Positions 54,365 to 63,459 of a DNA stretch of 64,000 nucleotides are shown here, in pieces. The DNA lies in contig JAJYED010000001.1 of assembly GCA_021790305.1 (NCBI GenBank), forward strand, positions 11,844 to 75,843, given 5' to 3'. Positions within the stretch are counted from its first letter, which is position 1. The number at the start of each line of letters is the position of its first letter. The position numbers were made by a program, and so were the translations under genes. This stretch comes from Candidatus Micrarchaeota archaeon. Its GTDB lineage: Archaea; Micrarchaeota; Micrarchaeia; Micrarchaeales; CABMGC01. The notes under the pieces were generated by a model. The model made no database searches and had not been told where the DNA came from. It was given only the letters and a program-made list of their open reading frames with translations.

Positions 54365-54811
54365 CTACACCTTTTCTGCCTTCTCTATTACGCGAGCCAT
54401 GTTTGATTTTGTCGTTACAGGTATTGGAACTGCAACATCCATGAGCTCTACCGTAATCTCATCTTTTGATGGGTCAGTATTTATTACCTTTGCCTTGTAT
54501 CCCTTGAACGGCCCTGCAAAGAACTCCACAAGGTCGTTTGGAGCTATGTCTTGGGACTGCTGCTTCTTGGCAAGTACCTTGTCTATCTCTTCCTGCGTGA
54601 GCGGCTTGGGAAGCATGCCTTTTACATGGGGTTCGTTAAGTATGAGATCCCTGCATGCTATCTCATCCTGCGCCTCAACTATTATATAGCCGCGCATTCC
54701 CTGCGGTATTATTATCGAGTATATTCCATTGTCCTTTCCCTTTGACTTGTTCTGCAGTATGTCTGCAGTTATCTTCTCCTGCGACGCAGTTACTCTTACT
54801 ATAAAATACAT
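54365..54811 (-). CDS. spt5: Transcription elongation factor Spt5 (archaeal NusG)
   Basis: NGN domain (MYFIVRVTASQEKITADIL...GYIIVEA) plus a KOW motif (DLVEFFAGPFKGYKAKVI). The ATG at 54811 is preferred. Confidence 0.88.
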   Translation of the reverse strand: MYFIVRVTASQEKITADILQNKSKGKDNGIYSIIIPQGMRGYIIVEAQDEIACRDLILNEPHVKGMLPKPLTQEEIDKVLAKKQQSQDIAPNDLVEFFAGPFKGYKAKVINTDPSKDEITVELMDVAVPIPVTTKSNMARVIEKAEKV

Positions 54812-54921
54812 CTTCACATCCTTGATATTATATGCGCAAAGGCTGCGCAATAAACATACTTCAAATTAAGGGTATGTTTAACTGATTCATATTGTAAGGA
54901 CTTATTTATATATTTTGCGTT

Positions 54922-55227
54922 TTGACCATCATTACTATGAAGGGCTATGCCGAGAAGAAGAATCCGGGCGAGAAGCTCGTCTGCGTAGATATAAATTATT
55001 CTGACAAGATAGAGAAGCTCATCATAACCGGGGATTTCTTCATGCATCCGGAGGGCTGTGTAATGGATATAGAGAGGGCGCTGGAAGGCGTACCTCTTGC
55101 TATGAATGACATGGAGCTGAGAGACATAATAAACAACGTGGTCGAGTCGCACAAGGCCAAGCTGGTAGGAATATCTGCAAATAGCATAGTCGCTGCGATA
55201 AGGGATGCGACAGCGAGGGAGATATGA
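54922..55227 (+). CDS. lplB: Lipoate-protein ligase accessory subunit (LplA C-terminal-domain protein, LplB-like)
   Basis: A ~95-aa protein, KLVCVDINYSDKIEKLIITGDFFMHPEG, matching the stand-alone C-terminal domain used with LplA in Thermoplasma. It lies immediately upstream of lplA. The start is TTG 54922 or ATG 54937. Confidence 0.7.
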   Translation: MTIITMKGYAEKKNPGEKLVCVDINYSDKIEKLIITGDFFMHPEGCVMDIERALEGVPLAMNDMELRDIINNVVESHKAKLVGISANSIVAAIRDATAREI

Positions 55228-55974
55228 ATGGAGCTGAGAGTGATACCTTATTCATCAAACTCTGCATACCAGAACATGGCGATAGACCACGCGCTCCTAG
55301 AATCTGTCGCAATGGGCAATTCCAGCATGACGTTAAGGCTATACGCATGGAAGCCAAGTGCAGTCTCAATTGGCAGGTTCCAAAGCATGCAGAAAGAGGT
55401 AAACCTGGAGCAGTGCAAATCCCTTGGCATAGATTCTGTACGCAGGATTACTGGGGGAGGGGCAGTATACCATGATTCTGAAGGGGAGATAACGTACAGC
55501 CTTATAGCAAAAGAAGGTGAACTGCCTGATGGGATACAGAAGTGCTACAGGTTCTCCGCATCAATGATAATAGACGCACTGAAGAGCATAGGGATAAACG
55601 CCGAGTATGCGCCAATAAACGACATAACTGTAGATGGAAGGAAGATATCAGGAAACGCACAGACGAGGAGAGACGGGGCAGTGCTGCTTCACGGCACCAT
55701 ATTATATACTGCAGATGTCAAGAAGATGTTCTCTGTACTAAATGTAAGCAAGGAGAAGCTATCAGATAAGATGATAAAGAGTGCAGAAGAGAGGATAACA
55801 GACGTAAGGTCGAACTGCCACGCGAGCATCGATGAGCTTAGGGAGGCACTGCTAAACAGCTTCACAAAAGGCAGAGCGTGGAAGGAATCACCTCTTACAG
55901 AAGAAGAAAAAGAAAGAAGCATAGAACTTGAGGAAACGGTCTACAGGAACTCAGAGTGGAACTTTAACAGATAA
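55228..55974 (+). CDS. lplA: Lipoate-protein ligase A catalytic subunit
   Basis: Motifs AYQNMAIDHALLE, RRITGGGAVYHD and GRKISGNAQTRR (catalytic Lys region). 248 aa, with no fused C-domain. Confidence 0.85.
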   Translation: MELRVIPYSSNSAYQNMAIDHALLESVAMGNSSMTLRLYAWKPSAVSIGRFQSMQKEVNLEQCKSLGIDSVRRITGGGAVYHDSEGEITYSLIAKEGELPDGIQKCYRFSASMIIDALKSIGINAEYAPINDITVDGRKISGNAQTRRDGAVLLHGTILYTADVKKMFSVLNVSKEKLSDKMIKSAEERITDVRSNCHASIDELREALLNSFTKGRAWKESPLTEEEKERSIELEETVYRNSEWNFNR

Positions 55975-56031
55975 TCTATAAAAGTTACATGCATCTGTAT
56001 AATCTGTATATATTGCATTTGAAGGGTTTAG

Positions 56032-57489
56032 ATGGCAGAAGAAACAAAGATAAAGAAAGTCGAAGAGTTGCTGGAGAAGGGAATAAACCCATATCCATAT
56101 TCTTACAAGCGTACAAAGACGGCATCTGAGATAACCTCTGACTTCAGCAGCAATGAAGGCAGGAGCGCAAGCATTGCGGGAAGGATAATACGGCTAAGAA
56201 AGATGGGCAAGATAATATTCATTGATCTCCTTGACGAGTCTGGTAAGATACAGATAATGATACGAGAGGATGTAGTAGAAAAAGAAGCAGCAAAGATTCT
56301 GCAGTTCATCGACATAGGGGACATAATAGGAGTGGAAGGAAATGTTACAAAGAGCACACGCGGAGAGATAAGCATAGAGGTCAGGAAAGCCGTTCTTCTT
56401 TCAAAATCTCTGCGCACGCTGCCGGACAAGTTCCACGGGATAAGCGATACCGAATTGAGGTACAGGAAGCGTTATCTTGATCTCATAATGAATCCTGATG
56501 TAAGGAAGGTATTCAAGACAAGGACAAGGATAATGGATTATGTCAGGAACTTCTTCAATGCAAGAGGATATCTTGAATTCGAGACGCCGATACTTCAGCC
56601 AACATACGGAGGAGCGAATGCCAAGCCATTCACGACGTACTACAACTCGCTGGAGTCTGATTTTTATCTGAGAGTTGCGAATGAGCTCTACCTGAAAAGG
56701 CTGATAATAGGGGGCTTCGAAAAGGTCTACGAGTTCTCAAAGGACTTCAGGAACGAGGACATAGACTCATCGCACAATCCTGAATTCACGATGCTTGAAT
56801 TCTATGAGGCATACAAGGATTATGAGGACTTCATGGCACTCATGGAGGAGATGCTCTCAGGGCTTGCAAAGCATATTCATGGTGCATATGCATTTACATA
56901 TCAGGATAAGGAGCTGAACTTCAAGCCAAAATTCAAGAGGATATACTGGGTGGAGGAGCTGAAGAAGCTCTCCGGAATAGATATATCAAAGATGACTGAC
57001 GAAGAAGCAAAGAAAATAGCGAAGGAAGAGAGGCTTGATACAAAGATACTTAACAATTACCACGTTGCGGATTCGCTTTTTGACAAGTACATAAAGCCAA
57101 CACTTGTGGACCCTACATTCATACTTGACTTCCCGGCATACATGTGTCCGCTTACCAAGGACAAACGCGGAAACAAGTTCCTGAGCGAGAGGTTTGAGAT
57201 GTACGTTAATGGCATGGAAGTAGCAAACTGCTATTCAGAGCTTACCAATCCTATAGAACAGAGGAAGAAGTTCGAGGAGCAGGAAGCTGAGAGGAAGAAG
57301 GGCGACGAAGAAGCACCGCCTTCTGACAAGGACTTCATAGAAGCGATAGAGTACGGTATGCCTCCGACGGCAGGATGCGGCATAGGGATGGACAGGCTGA
57401 TAATGCTGCTTACAAATGTTCCGTCAATGAAGGAGGTAATTCTCTTCCCGGCAGTAAGGCCAGAGGAGAAGAAAAAACAGAATAAATAA
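56032..57489 (+). CDS. lysS: Lysyl-tRNA synthetase, class II
   Basis: An OB anticodon-binding domain plus class II motifs (FRNEDIDSSHNPEFTMLEFY, GIGMDRLIMLLT). Confidence 0.92.
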   Translation: MAEETKIKKVEELLEKGINPYPYSYKRTKTASEITSDFSSNEGRSASIAGRIIRLRKMGKIIFIDLLDESGKIQIMIREDVVEKEAAKILQFIDIGDIIGVEGNVTKSTRGEISIEVRKAVLLSKSLRTLPDKFHGISDTELRYRKRYLDLIMNPDVRKVFKTRTRIMDYVRNFFNARGYLEFETPILQPTYGGANAKPFTTYYNSLESDFYLRVANELYLKRLIIGGFEKVYEFSKDFRNEDIDSSHNPEFTMLEFYEAYKDYEDFMALMEEMLSGLAKHIHGAYAFTYQDKELNFKPKFKRIYWVEELKKLSGIDISKMTDEEAKKIAKEERLDTKILNNYHVADSLFDKYIKPTLVDPTFILDFPAYMCPLTKDKRGNKFLSERFEMYVNGMEVANCYSELTNPIEQRKKFEEQEAERKKGDEEAPPSDKDFIEAIEYGMPPTAGCGIGMDRLIMLLTNVPSMKEVILFPAVRPEEKKKQNK

Positions 57490-57542
57490 ACAGCTTCGCA
57501 TGGGAAAAGAATTATAAGGATAGCAAACTGATGGTATAGCGT

Positions 57543-57669
57543 GCCAGGGTGGCAGAATCCGGTAACGCGCGCGCCTGGAAATAATACCTGCAAGCGCGTG
57601 GCCTCACGGCCTTTTGGGTTCAAATGAATCTTAGGAGAACCTAACTTTCTGAGAGTCCCAACCCTGGCG
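57543..57669 (+). tRNA. tRNA-Ser (anticodon GGA) interrupted by two introns (~12 nt after position 37; ~31 nt at the 3' side of the T-loop)
   Basis: The acceptor GCCAGGG (57543-49) pairs with CCCTGGC (57662-68), and the discriminator is G. The anticodon stem CGCGC (57570-74) pairs only with GCGCG at 57594-98, leaving ATAATACCTGCA as an intron. A long variable arm is present (GGCC-TCAC-GGCC). The T stem TTGGG (57614-18) and loop TTCAAAT pair only with CCCAA at 57657-61, leaving a 31-nt insert. One D-stem mismatch. Confidence 0.7.
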
Positions 57670-57822
57670 TATACTAATGGCTTGAAAGTGTATTACTGAT
57701 GCAAATAATAAAGGCTTTTAAATCATTCTGTATTAATATAATGCACTGCAGTCAGTTAACGGCAGCTATTTTAACTGCGATTTAACAACGTTTAATTGAT
57801 GCATTCTTACTGTGGTCATTAG

Positions 57823-58371
57823 ATGGCAAAAGAAGAAATTCCAAAGAAGAAGGCGCACGAAGACGCCAAGCCCAAAGCTCAGGGAATGATAGTTCGACTT
57901 GCAGGCAGGGACATCAACGGAGACAAGAAGATAGCCCAGGCGATAGGCGAGATAAAAGGCATAGGACATACCATGTCGCATGCGCTTGCTATACATATAA
58001 AGAATGATCTAGGCATAGACTGCAATCAGCAGATAGGCCATCTTGACGAGGAGCATATGGCAAAGATAGAGCAGGCTGTAAAGGATGCAACAGATTCAAA
58101 GATACCCTCATATTTATTCAACAGGCGCATGGAGATGCAGTCAGGAAAGGACATGCACCTTGTTGGTACGGACCTCGTAGTCAAGGTCAAGCAGGACATA
58201 GACGGTGACATAAAGCTGATGAGCTGGCGCGGAATAAGGCACAGAACAAACCAGAAGGTCCGCGGACAGAGAACCAGATCCACAGGAAGAACCGGCACGA
58301 CTATAGGGGTCATGAAGAAGTCTGCAAAGCAGGCTCAGGCAGCTGCAGGAAAGCCTGCAGAGAAGAAGTGA
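57823..58371 (+). CDS. rps13: Ribosomal protein uS13
   Basis: IVRLAGRDINGDKKIAQAIGEIKGIG and a basic C-terminal tail. Synteny is S13-S4-S11. Confidence 0.92.
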   Translation: MAKEEIPKKKAHEDAKPKAQGMIVRLAGRDINGDKKIAQAIGEIKGIGHTMSHALAIHIKNDLGIDCNQQIGHLDEEHMAKIEQAVKDATDSKIPSYLFNRRMEMQSGKDMHLVGTDLVVKVKQDIDGDIKLMSWRGIRHRTNQKVRGQRTRSTGRTGTTIGVMKKSAKQAQAAAGKPAEKK

Positions 58372-58375
58372 CTGA

Positions 58376-58957
58376 ATGGGAGATCCGAAGCGCATAAGGA
58401 GAAAGTTCGACAAGCCAAAGACAATGTGGTCAAAGGACAGAATAGAGTCTGAACACGCTCTGAAAGAGAAGTACGGGCTTAAGAACCTGAGAGAGCTCTG
58501 GCAGGCAACTACAGAGGTTAGCAGGATACGAAGAAACGTTAGAAAGGTATTGTCCGGAGCATCAACTGAAAAAGAAGGAAAGGAGATATCTGAGAGACTA
58601 GCAAAATACAGCATAGTAAGGCAGGGTGCATCTCTAGACGACCTTCTCGGAGTGACTTCTGAGGCGATACTTGAACGCAGGCTGCAGTCAGTCGCATTCA
58701 AGAAAGGTCTGGGAAGGACTGCAAAGCAGTCAAGGCAACTAATAACTCATGGTTTCATATCTGTAAACGGGAGGCAGGTAAAGTCTCCAGGGTATTTGGT
58801 CATGGCTTCGGAAGAATCAAAGATAAACTACTACAAGCCGATAGATCTTAACTTCAATAAAGAGGCAGAACAGGCTCCTGCTCCAAAAGCTGCAGAGCCA
58901 AAAGCCACGGAGCCCAATAATGTGGCTACGGCAACAGAGGACAAAGAGAGTGCTTAA
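58376..58957 (+). CDS. rps4: Ribosomal protein uS4
   Basis: [18 protein letters not shown], plus an S4 RNA-binding domain ([35 protein letters not shown]). Confidence 0.92.
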   Translation: MGDPKRIRRKFDKPKTMWSKDRIESEHALKEKYGLKNLRELWQATTEVSRIRRNVRKVLSGASTEKEGKEISERLAKYSIVRQGASLDDLLGVTSEAILERRLQSVAFKKGLGRTAKQSRQLITHGFISVNGRQVKSPGYLVMASEESKINYYKPIDLNFNKEAEQAPAPKAAEPKATEPNNVATATEDKESA

Positions 58958-58959
58958 TC

Positions 58960-59478
58960 ATGGCTGGAAAGAAAAAGAAGATAGAGAAGAAGCAGACAAA
59001 GCAGCAACAGCAACAGCAGCAGAAGGCTAACAAGAAAGAAGCTCCATCATTCGAAGCTGCTGTGCAGGAGGCTCATGAGAAATTCAAATCAAAGGCAGTA
59101 AGATGGGGCGTAGCACATATCTTCTCATCAAAGAATAACACGATAATAACTCTTACAGATCTGTCAGGATCAGAGACCATAGCTGTAGGGAGCGGAGGCA
59201 TGGTCGTGGATGCTGACCACGAGGAAGGATCGCCTTATGCGGCCATGCATGCAACATACAAGGTAGCTGCAACCGCTATAGAGAAGGGCGTAACTCATAT
59301 AAATATAAAGATAAGGGCTCCCGGAGGCCACAACTCAAAGATTCCTGGTCCAGGAGCGCAGGCTGTCGTAAGAGCTCTCGCAAGGAGCGGCTTCAAGATA
59401 GGCAGCATAGAGGACGTAACTCCCATACCCACTGATACTACCAAGAGGCCAGGGGGCAGAAGGGGACGCAGAGTATAA
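58960..59478 (+). CDS. rps11: Ribosomal protein uS11 with a K/Q-rich N-terminal extension
   Basis: The core is [19 protein letters not shown]...[19 protein letters not shown]. The N-terminal ~35 aa include QQQQQQQQ. Confidence 0.9.
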   Translation: MAGKKKKIEKKQTKQQQQQQQKANKKEAPSFEAAVQEAHEKFKSKAVRWGVAHIFSSKNNTIITLTDLSGSETIAVGSGGMVVDADHEEGSPYAAMHATYKVAATAIEKGVTHINIKIRAPGGHNSKIPGPGAQAVVRALARSGFKIGSIEDVTPIPTDTTKRPGGRRGRRV

Positions 59479-59601
59479 ATATCCAGAGTACACATACTCA
59501 TTGGTGTTGAACTGCCTGAACAAGAAGACATCTTCAGGGCAAATGACATACGCGGGATATACCCTGATACTCTGAACGAGAAAATTGCCGAAGAGATAGG
59601 G

Positions 59602-60867
59602 ATGGCATTCGGCACATTTATCGGAAAAAAGAAGCGCTTAGCATTGAGCATGGACATAAGGGAGAGCAGCCCGGTTCTAAAGGAAAGCTTCGTAAAGGGA
59701 TTGAAGAGAGCGGGAGCAGAGGTATTATACATAGGCAGGGTTCCCACTCCACTGCTCTATTTTGCCATAGCGCATTATAATCTTGACGGTGGTGCAGCTG
59801 TAAGCGCAAGCCACAATCCTCCTAAATGGAACGGCCTGAAGCTATGCGGTCCTATGGGAAGGACGTATGGATCTGGATTCGGACAGGAAGAGATAAAGAA
59901 GATATACTCAAAGAAGAGATTTAGATATGGAAAAGGCGGAAGAGCAAAAGACATAAGCAAGAAACTGATGAAAGATTACGAGAATTTTCTGCTTAAGAGG
60001 GCAAAGATAAGGAAGCCTATCAGGATAGGGATAGATCCTGGCAACGGCGCTGACTCGCTGATAGCTGCAAATATCCTGAGAAAAGCCGGCATACATATTG
60101 TATCTATAAACGACAAGCCTGATGGCAACTTCCCATCAAGATCTCCAGAACCGAAACCTGAAAACATAACCGAATTAAGCAATCTTGTCAAGGCTAACAA
60201 GCTGGATTTTGGAGTCGCGTTCGACGGCGATGGCGACAGGGCGATGTTTGTTGATGACACAGGCAGGGCATTCTTCGGTGACATAACTCTTGCCATGATG
60301 GTCAAGAATATGATAAACAAGGGAGACAAGGTAGTGTATGAACTGAGCTCATCCAAGACCGTAGAGGATATGATAAAGCTGAAGAAGGCAAAGGGCGTAA
60401 AGGCAAAGACTGGGAGGGCATTCATAATAGACAAGATGCTGGAGAATAAAGCAAAGCTTGGGGGAGAGCATTCTACTCACTTCTATTTCAGCGACATATA
60501 CGGTTTTGACGATGCCATATTCGCCGTGATAAAGATGGCAGAGCTGATATCCGGAAGCGGAAAAAAGATGTCCGAACTGATGGACGAGCTTCCCAAATAC
60601 GAGCGCATAGTCAGCGAGTTCGAGGTTAAAGACAGCGAGAAGTTCAGGATAGTATCAAGGATGAAAGAGAGTCTGAAGAAAAAGAAAGGCGCAAAGGTTG
60701 TAACTACTGAAGGGGTGAAGATGATAGCAAAAGACGGATGGCTAATGGCAAGGGCTTCAAACACAACTCCAAAAGTAAAGATAATTGCAGAATCATCTGA
60801 CAAAAGAGCCTTGGATAGATTATATGCGCTTGCATTGTCGGAATTCGAGAAGGCAAAAAGCGCATAA
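59602..60867 (+). CDS. Phosphoglucomutase/phosphomannomutase (alpha-D-phosphohexomutase family); true N-terminus lies upstream of the annotated ATG
   Basis: The active-site loop is SASHNPPKWNGLK and the metal loop is FDGDGDR. The conserved N-terminal IFRANDIRG block is encoded in frame at 59530-59556, upstream of the first canonical start. Confidence 0.85.
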   Translation: MAFGTFIGKKKRLALSMDIRESSPVLKESFVKGLKRAGAEVLYIGRVPTPLLYFAIAHYNLDGGAAVSASHNPPKWNGLKLCGPMGRTYGSGFGQEEIKKIYSKKRFRYGKGGRAKDISKKLMKDYENFLLKRAKIRKPIRIGIDPGNGADSLIAANILRKAGIHIVSINDKPDGNFPSRSPEPKPENITELSNLVKANKLDFGVAFDGDGDRAMFVDDTGRAFFGDITLAMMVKNMINKGDKVVYELSSSKTVEDMIKLKKAKGVKAKTGRAFIIDKMLENKAKLGGEHSTHFYFSDIYGFDDAIFAVIKMAELISGSGKKMSELMDELPKYERIVSEFEVKDSEKFRIVSRMKESLKKKKGAKVVTTEGVKMIAKDGWLMARASNTTPKVKIIAESSDKRALDRLYALALSEFEKAKSA

Positions 60868-60932
60868 CCTATTTCTATTATCAGCGTATCTCTACATAAT
60901 GTTTAAATAATGGGATAAACTGAGTAATATGA

Positions 60933-61154
60933 GTGGTATTCATGACCTCAGAAAAAGTGGTATCTATAAACAAGTACAAGGAAGAGAAGCGAAAACCTGG
61001 AGATATATCAGATGTACTGCGCAAGGAAGTGATGATCGCTCTGGATCCCGACAGGCCTGGTCCTTTTGGAAAGTCTGATGTAAAACGTCTGAAGTATGAA
61101 TGCGAGCGATACGATCCTGTACAGAATGAATTGGATTATCTGACTAGAGTTTAA
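60933..61154 (+). CDS. Small hypothetical protein (73 aa)
   Basis: ORF only, charged, with no motif. GTG start with an ATG 9 nt downstream. Confidence 0.35.
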   Translation: MVFMTSEKVVSINKYKEEKRKPGDISDVLRKEVMIALDPDRPGPFGKSDVKRLKYECERYDPVQNELDYLTRV

Positions 61155-61157
61155 TGC

Positions 61158-62135
61158 TCAAGGGGATAAGGGCTGTTTTCCTGTAAGTGCAAGGGAGGCC
61201 AGCATAGCCTCTATCTGTATCCTGTCATTTGCACCCTCTACTATCCTGAAGTTGTATTCTCCTATGGCGCTTATCAGTTTCAGTTTGGCTTTGTCATCCA
61301 GATCTAAATTAATGGCTTCTCTATAGCATTGTATCAGCACATCCTCTCCACTCATTCCGTATACCAGAAGGAGCTTGTCAAGCTCGTTCCTAGCCCTTAT
61401 AAAATCTCCATTGAATGCGAAGTTTAGCATAGAAACAATCTCTTTAGGGCGTGCTCTTGAAGCTATGTCATATACTGATTTCTCAGTTATCTTCTTGTTA
61501 GATATCGCAGCGCTCTGCAGTACGTTAGTGAGCTTTCTCAAATCGCCTTCGCTCACATAGATCAATGCCTTCTCAGCGTCCTCGGATATCTCTATGCCCT
61601 CATTCTCTCTTATCCTCTCTATGTATCCGAGCATCTCCTCCTCTTTCAGCGGCTTGAACCTGAGCACAACGCACCTGCTCTGTATGGGCTCTATTATCTT
61701 GCTTGCATAATTGGCGCTGAGTACGAATCTGGTGCTTGCAGAGTACTTCTCCATGGTTCTCCTAAGCGCATGCTGTGCCTCAGGAGTAAGAGCATCCGCT
61801 TCATCAAGGAAGATTATCTTCACAAGCCCTGTAGACAAAGAAAGAGTCTTGGCAAACTCCTTAACCCTGCCTCGTATTATCTCTATGCCTCTGGTATCGC
61901 TCGCATTCAGCTCAAGGAATGCCTGGTTTATGCTCTCCCCGTATAGCTCCTTTGCCATCGCTATCGCTGAAGTTGTCTTGCCTATGCCTGCGCTCCCTGC
62001 AAATATCATGTTAGGAAAGCTCTTTGCCTTGACAAAAGCCTCTAATCTCTCGACTATGGCCTTCTGGCCTATTATATCGTTTAGCTTCGAAGGCCTGTAC
62101 TTCTCCGTCCATGCATTGTCAAGTATCTCTGCCAA
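61158..62135 (-). CDS. rfcS: Replication factor C small subunit
   Basis: WTEKYRP, Walker A GSAGIGKTT, Walker B FLDEADAL, and SRC motif SRCVVLRF. The TTG at 62135 gives MAEILDNAWTEKYRP, so the track start at 62189 is probably too long. Confidence 0.92.
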   Translation of the reverse strand: MAEILDNAWTEKYRPSKLNDIIGQKAIVERLEAFVKAKSFPNMIFAGSAGIGKTTSAIAMAKELYGESINQAFLELNASDTRGIEIIRGRVKEFAKTLSLSTGLVKIIFLDEADALTPEAQHALRRTMEKYSASTRFVLSANYASKIIEPIQSRCVVLRFKPLKEEEMLGYIERIRENEGIEISEDAEKALIYVSEGDLRKLTNVLQSAAISNKKITEKSVYDIASRARPKEIVSMLNFAFNGDFIRARNELDKLLLVYGMSGEDVLIQCYREAINLDLDDKAKLKLISAIGEYNFRIVEGANDRIQIEAMLASLALTGKQPLSP

Positions 62136-62294
62136 AAATATTCCCCTCTGAAACAGCAAAATACGCTGTATTGATAAGTAACAATACAATACTATTTAAT
62201 TTAATAAATGCTTACCAAAAATCCGCTTATTCTGTGCCAAGAAACAGAAAAGGGCACTAAAAGCTTTAAATATGAGAAATTGTCAATCTAATAT

Positions 62295-63221
62295 GTGGGG
62301 TTATCTATGCAGGGGACAAATCAATTTGTCGTCGAAAGTAGTGGTTCTTCGGACCAAAAGATATCTATAGCTTATACTAAAGTTGCAGGTCTCCATATAA
62401 GATATGCAGAAGTGGGCAGGGACAACGATAAGAAGGTGCTGATGATACACGGAGGAGGGGTGTCATCAGGCGCAGTTTCCTGGTCCAAGATAATGCCGGT
62501 AATAGGTGCAGAGCATCATGTAATAGCTCCAGACCTGCCAGGCTACGGGAAGAGCCAGAAAGGCAGGGAGAAGGCAACTCTTGCATATTATGTGGATTTC
62601 ACAGAGAGCTTCATGAAGCATATGCACATCAAGAAGGCAGATATAATAGCAGAGTCTTTCGGAGGCGGCATAGCTCTTGGTTTTACACTTGAGCACAAGG
62701 AGAGGGTAAACAGCCTTGCACTTATAGACGCATTCGGATTCTTCGACAAAAAGTTTCCTCTTGCAGCATATGTCCTTACAAGGATTCCTGCGGATATACA
62801 ACAATCGCTGATAAATAATCTTGCAAAGAGCGATGCAGCTTTCTCCACAGTACTTAAAATTCTGCTAAAAGGGCATAACGGAAGCGGCCCTAGCAACGGA
62901 GAAGCCAAGATCGTTCAGGAATACGTGAAGCGCCGCAATCTTACCGAAGCCTGCCTGGAATTCGTACAGAGCGAGGTAACAATGCACGGAATAAGAAGCA
63001 ATTTCACAAACAGGATACCAGAATTGAACAGCACAGGTATACCTGTCCTGTTCCTGCATGGAACGAGAGACGGGCTCTTCCCGATAGAGAATCAGAAGAG
63101 GATATCGGAGATGATAAACAACTCAAGATTCGTATCTATAGAAGCAGCGCACCAGCCTGAAGAGACGAACCCTGAAGAGGTATGCAGGGAGCTTCTTGCT
63201 CTTCTGAAAAGAGCAAGCTGA
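62295..63221 (+). CDS. Alpha/beta-fold hydrolase
   Basis: HGGG oxyanion region and the nucleophile elbow AESFGGG (G-x-S-x-G variant). LHGTRDGLFP and a late His (AAHQPEE) are also present. The start may be ATG 62307. Confidence 0.7.
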   Translation: MGLSMQGTNQFVVESSGSSDQKISIAYTKVAGLHIRYAEVGRDNDKKVLMIHGGGVSSGAVSWSKIMPVIGAEHHVIAPDLPGYGKSQKGREKATLAYYVDFTESFMKHMHIKKADIIAESFGGGIALGFTLEHKERVNSLALIDAFGFFDKKFPLAAYVLTRIPADIQQSLINNLAKSDAAFSTVLKILLKGHNGSGPSNGEAKIVQEYVKRRNLTEACLEFVQSEVTMHGIRSNFTNRIPELNSTGIPVLFLHGTRDGLFPIENQKRISEMINNSRFVSIEAAHQPEETNPEEVCRELLALLKRAS

Positions 63222-63459
63222 TGAATTAAGAAAGAGTGGAGCGGTTTGTTAAGCTATCAACAAAGTACCTGAGAGATAATAATGATGTCCTAACAAGGAG
63301 TCAATTGGAAATACTCGATTATGGGACAGCCTAACTCCACAGCAATATTTATATATGAGTCAAGGATAAAATATATCAGTAATAGTCTTTGACTCGTACT
63401 AACTAATACTCTAAAAGGTACAGTACAGATTACATCTTCTAATATTTCAAAGTGAAAAC

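Noticed and set aside
57231-57623. 130-aa minus-strand ORF
   Set aside because: It is antisense to the LysRS 3' end and overlaps the intron-containing tRNA-Ser.
57740-57775. 7-bp inverted repeat CAGTTAA-(11 nt)-TTAACTG upstream of the rps13 operon as a regulatory leader
   Set aside because: The stem is short and AT-rich, no transcription start information is available, and it could arise by chance.
63219-63275. C/D-box sRNA candidate (TGATGA ... CTGA ~50 nt apart); a second candidate near 53830-53893
   Set aside because: No internal D'/C' boxes or terminal stem are present. The TGATGA overlaps the hydrolase stop codons, and the second candidate has an imperfect C box.
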